NCBI GenBank assembly: GCA_964627505.1
Contig: CAZVKB010000004.1
Coordinates: 3,295 to 67,294 of the forward strand
Source of the DNA: an uncultured Actinomycetes bacterium
Lineage (GTDB): Bacteria > Actinomycetota > Actinomycetes > S36-B12 > UBA10799
Length of the DNA: 64,000 bases
Direction: 5' to 3'
Positions 56,915 to 64,000 of the stretch are shown here, piece by piece (the first letter of the stretch is position 1; each line of letters starts with the position of its first letter). The notes under the pieces were generated by a model, which searched no databases, was not told the origin of the DNA, and was given only the letters and a program-made list of their open reading frames with translations. The position numbers and the translations under genes are program-made.

Positions 56915-58296
56915 GCGCATCAGCCCACCCCAGCTCCACCGATCCGGCGCCATTGGTGACCGAAGTCCTCAACACTGCAACTGCTGGCGAGGTGATCGTC
57001 GGGGTCACAGTCAGCGGCGAAGTCAATTCCCGCTGGGCGATGTCCATGCCCACGACCAACGGCAGCCAGTTCGCCGAAACCATCACGATCACCGCCATTG
57101 CGCCCAGCTGCGATGGCGCGAGTGCCGCCACAAGATCGGGACCCGTGGCGCTGTGGCGTGAACTGCTGGCCCAGGCCGAGGCTGCCGCCCGGGAAGGTTC
57201 GCCGACACTCGACCATGCCCCGCTCCTGCCCGGCTCTGCGCAGCCGGGATGGACGGCTCCCCCTGCGGACATGCCAATGCTCGACGTGCCCGACGCGCTG
57301 GTCGCGGCATTCGCGCAAGACAGCGACACCGAATATTTCGGGTATGCCGAGGAGTCCGCTGCCACCACCTATGTCGGCACCAGCACCGGTTGGCGTTGGC
57401 GCTCGCAGACTCGGTCCGCGCGCTTCGAGTTGTGCGGTAAGCAGGCCGAACGCACCCGATCGGCGTGGCACGGCGCAGCTGGTGAGCGGCTCAGCGACGT
57501 GGATGCACAGGCAGCTGTGACCGATGTGCGCGCCGGGTTGGCCCAGCAACAGCAACCGGTGCGCCTCGAGGCGGCCCCCACGACGGTGATCCTCACGCCC
57601 TCAGCTGTGGCCGACTTGCTGCTGTGCTTGTGGTGGGAAACCGACGCCCGGGCGGCAGCTGAAGGCCGTAGCGCCTTCAGCGGGGACGGTCCCGGCGGCA
57701 CCTCGCTGGGTTCGGTGCTCAGCCAGCGTCAGTTGTCGTTGCGCTCGGATCCGCACGCCAAGGGCATGTCGGCACCTGATCGCCTGTGGGCGCCCTTCAG
57801 CGGTTCCGGGATCTCGCTGTTCGACACCGGCAGCGCGATCGGCGACGTGGCGTGGATTGCCGACGGGCGACTTGCAGCCCTGATCACCAGCCGGGGGGCG
57901 GCTGCCGAATTCGGCATCCCGGCGCACGTGCCGGCGGAGAATCTGTTGCTCGCCGACGCCGACGGCCACGGCACACTCGCCGACGTGATCGCGCGCACTG
58001 ACCGAGCCCTGCTCATCACCAGCCTCTGGTACATCCGGGATGTGGACCCGCAGCAACTATTGGTCACCGGCCTCACCCGAGATGGCACCTACCTGGTGAC
58101 AGACGGGCAGATCACCGGGGCGACCGGCAACTTTCGCTTCAACGATTCCCCGCTCGACATGCTCACCCGCATCCTGGACGCCGGTGACTCGGTGCGCTGC
58201 TTGCCTCGGGAGTGGGCCGACTACTTCTCCCGCACCACGATGCCGCCGCTGGTGGTTGCCGAATTCGGTCTGTCCACTTCCTCGTCTGCGGTGTAG
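56911..58296 (+). CDS. TldE/PmbA-like partner of TldD
   Basis: ATGA coupling to tldD. PmbA_TldD-fold C-terminus (YIRDVDPQ...GLTRDGTYLV..G). It lacks the HExxxH-like motif, as PmbA partners do. Confidence 0.75.
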   Translation: MSASAHPSSTDPAPLVTEVLNTATAGEVIVGVTVSGEVNSRWAMSMPTTNGSQFAETITITAIAPSCDGASAATRSGPVALWRELLAQAEAAAREGSPTLDHAPLLPGSAQPGWTAPPADMPMLDVPDALVAAFAQDSDTEYFGYAEESAATTYVGTSTGWRWRSQTRSARFELCGKQAERTRSAWHGAAGERLSDVDAQAAVTDVRAGLAQQQQPVRLEAAPTTVILTPSAVADLLLCLWWETDARAAAEGRSAFSGDGPGGTSLGSVLSQRQLSLRSDPHAKGMSAPDRLWAPFSGSGISLFDTGSAIGDVAWIADGRLAALITSRGAAAEFGIPAHVPAENLLLADADGHGTLADVIARTDRALLITSLWYIRDVDPQQLLVTGLTRDGTYLVTDGQITGATGNFRFNDSPLDMLTRILDAGDSVRCLPREWADYFSRTTMPPLVVAEFGLSTSSSAV

Positions 58297-58406
58297 CACA
58301 CACGGAGACGTGGGCAAACTGGCCGTCAGGTCGTTGCGGTTGGTCGGGCCACCTGGCCGGAGGGCTATCGCGACAGTAGGTCGACTCGAGGGGATACGGT
58401 CAGTTC

Positions 58407-59399
58407 ATGCGCGCATGGCTCCTCGACGCCCCCGGCTCACAACTTCGTTTGGGACATCTCCCAGACCCGGCGCCGGGTCCCGGACAGTGGCTGGTTCGCG
58501 TGCGCTTCTGCGGCTTGAATCCAGTGGACTGGAAACTCGCTGCCAACGGACATCCCGATTGGGTCTGGCCGCAAGTGTTGGGGTTGGACGTCGTCGGCGA
58601 GGTGGTGGGCACCGGGGTCGATGCGCCGCCGCCCGCTGGGCTCATCGCCGCCCACCTCGACCTTGCTCAGCGTGGCGGTCTGGCGGAATACGTGACCCTC
58701 ACCCCGGGCGTGACGGCCGCACTCCCCGCCGGGCTGGATCCCTGGACGGCCGCCACCATGCCGTGCCCCGGGCTGACAGCTTGGCAAGCGGTCAGTCGGA
58801 TCGCGGACATCCTCGGGCGAGCCGGCCATAGTCGCCGGGCGTTGGTGCTCGGCGGGGGTGGCCCGGTGGGTTCCTTGGCTGTACAACTGCTGGTGCAGCA
58901 AGGTGCGCAGGTGGCTGCGACCTGCTCTGCCACCGATCGTGCGCGCGTGCACGACTTGGGCGCAATCTGGACTGCGGATTACCACAACCCGCAGGCACTG
59001 CCGGAACTTGTCACCGCAGCCGGCGGGCCGTTCGCCTGCGTCGTGAATACGGCGACGCCACAAGCAGCGGAGGATGCTCTGCCGCTTGTGGAATTCACAG
59101 GTGCGCTCGCGTCCATCACCGGCCGACCTCATGCGTCTGAGGTGCCGGAGTTCACTCTGGCACCGACATTGGTGGAAGTAGCGCTGGGGGCTATTCACTC
59201 CCATGGAACTCATGACCAGCAAGCCGCTTTCGGCGATGCCCTGCACCGACTGCTCGACGCTGTTGACCAGGGGCGGCTCACTGCGCCGCAAGCGACGGTG
59301 GTGCCAATGACCGACGTTGCTGACACTCTGACCAAAATGTCGCACAGCACCGGCAGCAAGTATGTCGTGGAAGTCGCCGCCAGTTCGAAGGAGTTTTGA
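58407..59399 (+). CDS. Zinc-type alcohol dehydrogenase / quinone oxidoreductase (MDR family)
   Basis: N-terminal GQWLVRVRFCGLNPVDWK and a Rossmann-fold motif VLGGGGPVGSLAVQL. Confidence 0.8.
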   Translation: MRAWLLDAPGSQLRLGHLPDPAPGPGQWLVRVRFCGLNPVDWKLAANGHPDWVWPQVLGLDVVGEVVGTGVDAPPPAGLIAAHLDLAQRGGLAEYVTLTPGVTAALPAGLDPWTAATMPCPGLTAWQAVSRIADILGRAGHSRRALVLGGGGPVGSLAVQLLVQQGAQVAATCSATDRARVHDLGAIWTADYHNPQALPELVTAAGGPFACVVNTATPQAAEDALPLVEFTGALASITGRPHASEVPEFTLAPTLVEVALGAIHSHGTHDQQAAFGDALHRLLDAVDQGRLTAPQATVVPMTDVADTLTKMSHSTGSKYVVEVAASSKEF

Positions 59400-59403
59400 T
59401 GAT
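59350..59403 (+). repeat. Left copy of a 54-bp imperfect direct repeat (51/54 identical to 62759-62812)
   Basis: Base-by-base alignment by hand. It covers the last ~14 codons and stop of the MDR gene plus an overlapping ATG. Confidence 0.85.
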
Positions 59404-59520
59404 GGTGGCGTTGGCTGGCCGGAATTGGCTCACGACCTTCGAGAACCGAGGTGGCTGCCAGAGCAGGTATCACGGGACATCTAGCTCATCTGGGCTGTCG
59501 GATGTGGCGTCCATGATCGA

Positions 59521-60666
59521 TCAATCGCGGCCAAGGATGGCTTCCTGGTATCGATCGTCGGTCCTGGCGACCACCGTGGGCCATCCGAAATCCGGTTGGT
59601 TCGCCATATTGCGATTGGTCACGGTCGTCCGCAGTTCCTGCTCAGACACCAGTCGGGCGATTGCCGCAGCGAGACCCTCGTCATCGTTGGCGAGTAGACC
59701 TTCCCGACCGTGACGCACGAACTCCGATATCCCGCTGTCGTGCAATGCCACAACGGGGAGTCCGAATGTCCGCGCTTCCAGGGCTGCGATCCCAAACGAC
59801 TCAAGGCGTGCGGGCGCCACATATATATCTGAGAGGGAGTAATAGGCACGTATCTCAGCGTGTGACTTCCAGCCCACGCACCGAACCCAACCCATTTTCC
59901 TGTGCACAAGGATCTTTTCGATTGCACCCCTGTCTGGACCATCTCCAACGATGATGGCGCGCAGTTGGATCTCAGCTGGGATTCGGGACCGAACTTCACC
60001 CAGAATGTCGATCAACGCCTCGCTGCGTTTCCGCACTGCCAACCGCCCTACGGAGATGATTGTCACCTCATTAGGTGGCCGCACCTTGCGCACCTCACAC
60101 TCGCGTTCAGTTGATCGCCAAAATGGGATGTCGATGCCATTAGACAGGACTGACACTTCCGCTCGACCGCCCAAGGCGTGTCTGAGTGGGCGCGCCGCTA
60201 CTTCGCTGACCGCGGTCCACACCACAGGCCACTTCCGCCAACAGAACAATGCGTCGGCCATCGCGAAGATGCGCGACCAGTTGGCCCACACCGAATGCAC
60301 TGTGACCACCACCGGCAGACCAGCCTTCACTGCAGTTCGCAACGCCGGCCAAGCGAAGGGGGACACTAATCCGGCATGAACGTGAACTACGTCGGTATCT
60401 GCCACCAGCTCTGACCGAAGTTGTTTTCCGATGCGATGAGTGACAGGCAGCTCGTAGGGCAAGTTGGTGACAAGGCGGTGGATTGGCACAGCACCGCTGG
60501 TGTAATCGTCAGCAGTTGTTGCCGGTAGGCCTCGCGTACCTGTGGCTGTCACGACTCGAGGCTGGTGTCCGATCGCAAGTTGTGCACGGGCTAATCCCTG
60601 CACCTGTAACTCGATTCCACCCGTCCTGGGCAGATAGCAGTCACTCACATGAGCGACGCGCAGCAT
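59521..60666 (-). CDS. GT4-family (GT-B, retaining) glycosyltransferase
   Basis: N-terminal HVSDCYLPRTGGIE and the C-terminal EX7E motif ESFGIAALEA. Locally lower G+C than the flanks. Confidence 0.85.
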   Translation of the reverse strand: MLRVAHVSDCYLPRTGGIELQVQGLARAQLAIGHQPRVVTATGTRGLPATTADDYTSGAVPIHRLVTNLPYELPVTHRIGKQLRSELVADTDVVHVHAGLVSPFAWPALRTAVKAGLPVVVTVHSVWANWSRIFAMADALFCWRKWPVVWTAVSEVAARPLRHALGGRAEVSVLSNGIDIPFWRSTERECEVRKVRPPNEVTIISVGRLAVRKRSEALIDILGEVRSRIPAEIQLRAIIVGDGPDRGAIEKILVHRKMGWVRCVGWKSHAEIRAYYSLSDIYVAPARLESFGIAALEARTFGLPVVALHDSGISEFVRHGREGLLANDDEGLAAAIARLVSEQELRTTVTNRNMANQPDFGWPTVVARTDDRYQEAILGRD

Positions 60667-60718
60667 GCTTTCTCCTCACTGCTCACCCCTCGGGCTACGT
60701 GTTTGGAAGACTAGGCCT

Positions 60719-61564
60719 GTGCCCTCCACCGTAGTGTTCCTCCATGCTCATCCCGACGATGAGGCTCTCATGACTGGCGGAACGATGGCACGGCTCGCTG
60801 CCGAGGGGCATCGGGTGGTGCTGATAACTGCGACAGACGGCGCAGCCGGCCTCACTGCTTCCACGACGATCAGCACCCGAACGTTGGCATCCGTTCGCCG
60901 TGAAGAATTGCAGAGATCGATAACCGTCCTCGGGGTAGCGAGACTCGTCCTGCTCGGATACGCCGACTCGGGTCTCGACGGCAACGGCACACCGTCGACA
61001 GCGGGGCTGGATCGCCAATCAGACGTGCCCTTCACTCACGTGGCGACCGAAGCCGCTGCGTCCAAGGTTGCTGCGATTCTCGAGGAAGAGACTGCCGATG
61101 TGCTTGTGGGCTACGACGCGGCGGGTGGGTACGGTCATCCAGACCATAAGCAGGTTCATCGCGTCGCCCGGCTTGCCGCACAGATGACGCCGGCGGTGAT
61201 GCTGCTGGAGGCAACTCTCCCCCGCGAACCTCTGGCGCGGGCAGTGACAGGCGCCCATCACCTGCGTCGCATCATCCCTGCGCTGGGTGGACTTGATCCA
61301 GCGACGTGGTCGGTCGCGCACACACCACGAGCAGACATCACCCACCGTGTCAACGTCCGACGCTTCGCTGATGTCAAACGAGCGGCCATCGCTGCACACG
61401 CATCCCAGCAGGCCGCCGACCGGGATGTGCGTACGTTGGAGGTGCTGCTGCGGTTGCCCCGACCCGCATTTCGGCTACTGCTGGGGTGGGAATGGTACGT
61501 CGGACCGCGGTCGGCACGCACCCGGTACGTCACCCATCCGCTTGCCAAGACGGCGAAAAGTTGA
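60719..61564 (+). CDS. PIG-L / LmbE family N-acetylglucosaminyl deacetylase
   Basis: Zinc-site motifs AHPDDE and GHPDH. GTG at 60719 was chosen to leave a divergent promoter gap; the ORF stays open to 60665. Confidence 0.8.
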   Translation: MPSTVVFLHAHPDDEALMTGGTMARLAAEGHRVVLITATDGAAGLTASTTISTRTLASVRREELQRSITVLGVARLVLLGYADSGLDGNGTPSTAGLDRQSDVPFTHVATEAAASKVAAILEEETADVLVGYDAAGGYGHPDHKQVHRVARLAAQMTPAVMLLEATLPREPLARAVTGAHHLRRIIPALGGLDPATWSVAHTPRADITHRVNVRRFADVKRAAIAAHASQQAADRDVRTLEVLLRLPRPAFRLLLGWEWYVGPRSARTRYVTHPLAKTAKS

Positions 61565-61568
61565 ACAA

Positions 61569-62666
61569 GTGACTCCACCCGAAGACGTCACCGGAGCCCA
61601 GAGCGTGTCGATGTGGCGCCCAACTGGCGGTCAAGTCGCATTGTCTTTGGGGGCCTTGGCATTGGGCGCAGCCCTGATCGCGTTTGCGCTGCCACAGGCG
61701 GCGGGCACAGATTGGTCGCAGGCGATCGCCGCACTGGCGAGCCTTCGCCCGCTGGAGATTGCTCTCATAACACTCTTATGGGCCGTCGGACTTTGGCTGT
61801 ACACCTTCGTCTACACAGGCAGTCTGCCCGGACTGCGACATTCCCAATCACTCGCACTAAATCTCACCGGTTCCCTGGTCTCGAATCTGCTCCCCTTCGG
61901 TGGCGCCGCCGGGGTGGCCAATACGTATGCCCTGACCTTCTCGTGGGGTTTCTCAGGTATCGCGACATCGCTGATGGTTCTGGTGAGTGGTCTGGCAAAT
62001 CTGCTCATGCGACTCGTACTTGTGCTGATCGGTCTGGTGGCATTGCAGATGAGCGAGGCCACCCTGTCGGCCGCGGGCGGTCGCATCACGCTGGGGACGG
62101 TCGTTGCCACGGCGTTGGTCACCGTCGCGGTCGTGGGGATGCTCGCCAATTCCCGCTTCGCCGGCGGCATCGGTTCACTTGGGGACCTGGTACTTCGCGC
62201 CTTGCGGCGGATGGGGCATCGCGCTGAACCACGCACTTCACTGCACGACTCTGCCATCGACATGCAGAAACGTGCGAAACCACTGCTGGCGAAGGGCTGG
62301 CTTCCGGTGGCCTTCGGGATGACTTCCTACTACGCAACCGAAACGCTGTTTTTCGGCATAGCGCTACACGCCCTGGGGGCACCCCTGCCCTGGAACGAAG
62401 TCATCGCGGCCTTTGCGTTATCCCGGGTGTTGACAGCCGCCACCGTGACTCCTTCTGGTGTCGGCATCTCGGAAGTGGGCACCGCGGCCGCCCTCGTACT
62501 GTTCGGCACACCACCGGCCATCGCAGCAGCAGCGGTGCTGGTGTTGGGGTTCTACACGTACCTGATAGAGATTCCAGTTGGTTTTGTCGGCTACATATGG
62601 GTGGCATTGATGCGACGGTGGCGGGTTCAAGGCAGCACTCCACCCGAGATTGCTCCGTCGCCCTAG
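61569..62666 (+). CDS. Flippase-like membrane protein (lysylphosphatidylglycerol synthase TM region / UPF0104 family)
   Basis: About 8 TM segments with the family-typical SLVSNLLPFGGAAGVANTY. GTG at 61569 lies 4 nt after the PIG-L stop; an alternative ATG lies at 61611. Confidence 0.7.
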   Translation: MTPPEDVTGAQSVSMWRPTGGQVALSLGALALGAALIAFALPQAAGTDWSQAIAALASLRPLEIALITLLWAVGLWLYTFVYTGSLPGLRHSQSLALNLTGSLVSNLLPFGGAAGVANTYALTFSWGFSGIATSLMVLVSGLANLLMRLVLVLIGLVALQMSEATLSAAGGRITLGTVVATALVTVAVVGMLANSRFAGGIGSLGDLVLRALRRMGHRAEPRTSLHDSAIDMQKRAKPLLAKGWLPVAFGMTSYYATETLFFGIALHALGAPLPWNEVIAAFALSRVLTAATVTPSGVGISEVGTAAALVLFGTPPAIAAAAVLVLGFYTYLIEIPVGFVGYIWVALMRRWRVQGSTPPEIAPSP

Positions 62667-62758
62667 AAGTAGTGGACTGTGAAGGGATAAGGCGATCCAG
62701 CTGTTCTGCCCACGCGATCAACTCGTCCGCGTGGGCGCGAATCAGGTGCTCGACAGCC

Positions 62759-62812
62759 CCGGCAGCCAGTATGTTGTGGAAGTCACCGCCAGTTCGAAGG
62801 AGTTTTGATGAT
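62759..62812 (+). repeat. Right copy of the 54-bp imperfect direct repeat
   Basis: It carries a C-terminal stub of an MDR-like frame (SQYVVEVTASSKEF-stop) and the true ATG of the NifX-like gene. Confidence 0.85.
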
Positions 62813-63167
62813 CGTTGCAGTGCCGGTAGATGAGCACGGACATGTCGGCCACTCGTGGGGGCGGGCGCATACTGTCGCCATTGCGCGGGTGACCGGTGAC
62901 AGCGTCACGGATTGGCACGAGTACCCCGTGGGCTGGGATGCACTCCACGATCAAGGCTCAGAAGGGGCGCATCACGCTCGGGTCGTGAAGTTCTTACGCG
63001 AACACGAGGTGTCCGGTGTGGCCTTGTCACACGTCGGGCCAGGAATGCAGCGCATGATGGCAACCATGGGCATTTACCTGGTTACCGGAGCCAGCGGCGA
63101 CGCAACAGAGGCCGTGATCGCATTGGCGCGTGACGCTGAAACCGAGCCTGAGTATCCCAACACATAA
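62808..63167 (+). CDS. NifB/NifX-family (dinitrogenase FeMo-cofactor-binding-like) small protein
   Basis: IVAVPVDEHGHVGHSWGRAHTVAI...GVALSHVGPGM...GIYLV pattern of the Nitro_FeMo-Co domain. Confidence 0.6.
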   Translation: MIVAVPVDEHGHVGHSWGRAHTVAIARVTGDSVTDWHEYPVGWDALHDQGSEGAHHARVVKFLREHEVSGVALSHVGPGMQRMMATMGIYLVTGASGDATEAVIALARDAETEPEYPNT

Positions 63168-63259
63168 CCCTCACTCATTCGCCATTTTGCCTGCGTGAGG
63201 CTGCTCGACGGCTGAATCAGACGTAGCCTGGGAGCATCGTCCATCGAGAGGCCGCTGCC

Positions 63260-64000
63260 ATGACCGACACCATGTCCACACCTGAAGAGACTTTCCTCGG
63301 CTACGGCATCCCAGACGACATCGATCACGTGCCACCCGGTGCGTTCGACGAGGTGCAGGCACTGCTGCGCGCGGGCCAGGACACGGGTGCGATGCGCTCC
63401 ACGGCTGCGCGCAAATCTGCGCTGCGAGCAGTCCTCGCCATGCTCACCGAGCATGAAGAAGCGTTCATCGACGCACTGCACGAGGACCTCCGCCGACCCC
63501 GCCTGGAAGCGATGCTGGCCGATATCGCCACCGTGAAGGCCGAAATCAAGTTTGCGCTCGCCCATGTCCGGACGTGGCAGCGCGGGACGTTCTCGATTCC
63601 GCCGGTGGTCGCGCAACCCAGCCTGGGTCGGGTGCTGCCCGAGCCGCGTGGCGTGGTTTTGATCATCGCGCCATGGAACTACCCCATCCAATTGAGTATC
63701 GCGCCGTTGGTGGGTGCCTTGGCGGCCGGCAACAGCGTGCTGCTGAAGCCCAGCGAACTCGCGCCAGCCTCGAGCGCGTTACTGGCGCGACTGATTCCCA
63801 TGTACCTCGACCCACATGTGGTGCAGGTGGTCGAAGGCGGCGTCAAGGTGTCCACCGAGTTGTTGGCCATGAAGTGGGACCACATTTTCTTCACCGGCTC
63901 GACTCGGGTCGGCCGCGTGGTGATGCAGGCAGCAGCGCAGCACCTCACCCCAGTCACGCTGGAGCTCGGTGGAAAAAGCCCGGCGATGGTGGCTGCCGAT
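63260..64000 (+). CDS. Aldehyde dehydrogenase (class-3-like), N-terminal part; the 3' end lies outside the window
   Basis: My own translation from the ATG at 63260 is open to the window end. It contains IAPWNYP, LKPSE, FFTGSTRVGR and ELGGKSP. Confidence 0.85.
   Translation, partial: MTDTMSTPEETFLGYGIPDDIDHVPPGAFDEVQALLRAGQDTGAMRSTAARKSALRAVLAMLTEHEEAFIDALHEDLRRPRLEAMLADIATVKAEIKFALAHVRTWQRGTFSIPPVVAQPSLGRVLPEPRGVVLIIAPWNYPIQLSIAPLVGALAAGNSVLLKPSELAPASSALLARLIPMYLDPHVVQVVEGGVKVSTELLAMKWDHIFFTGSTRVGRVVMQAAAQHLTPVTLELGGKSPAMVAAD

Noticed and set aside
58437-59345. A 302-aa minus-strand ORF
   Set aside because: It is antisense to the MDR dehydrogenase gene and has no motifs.
62401-62721. A minus-strand ORF whose 5' portion (..IAWAEQLDRL..) reads like a natural helix in the island/junction region
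   Set aside because: It starts on TTG. Most of it is antisense to the flippase-like gene and degenerates into Cys/Arg/Pro-rich sequence. It was treated as spurious.

Overview
This is a high-GC, densely coding chromosomal segment with actinobacterial gene content and synteny (thiL, DUF3515, ddl; plsB-like, HAD-plsC fusion, WS/DGAT). I support about 58 protein-coding genes on both strands. Several adjacent pairs are translationally coupled through ATGA or 8-nt overlaps. I could not recognise any rRNA, tRNA, CRISPR array, transposase or integrase. Most of the content is housekeeping or transport: cutC (partial), ddl, thiL, rocD, ung, serB, tldD/pmbA, the SulP, PiT, TerC and SLC13 transporters, and an RCK potassium-type channel. 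The parts that look accessory or unusual, in window order, are: (1) a NERD-nuclease/SF1-helicase fusion next to a DEDDh exonuclease; (2) a ferric-reductase-like, FMN-bind and ApbE flavinylation module; (3) a CheB-CheR-PAS fusion translationally coupled to a PAS-GGDEF-EAL protein; (4) a truncated FAD monooxygenase; (5) an HTH regulator, a catalytically degenerate ABC ATPase-like protein and a YhgE/Pip membrane protein in one operon; (6) two paralogous membrane-anchored alpha/beta hydrolases, one coupled to a degenerate P-loop protein; (7) a 3.4-kb, locally AT-richer cassette (GT4 glycosyltransferase, PIG-L deacetylase, MprF-type flippase-like protein) bracketed by a 54-bp imperfect direct repeat that duplicates the stop/start junction of the flanking genes. 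I regard item 7 as the best candidate for an undescribed, horizontally acquired aminoglycolipid synthesis-and-flipping system, and item 3 as second. All functional calls come from motif recognition by eye in the supplied translations. No database search was run.
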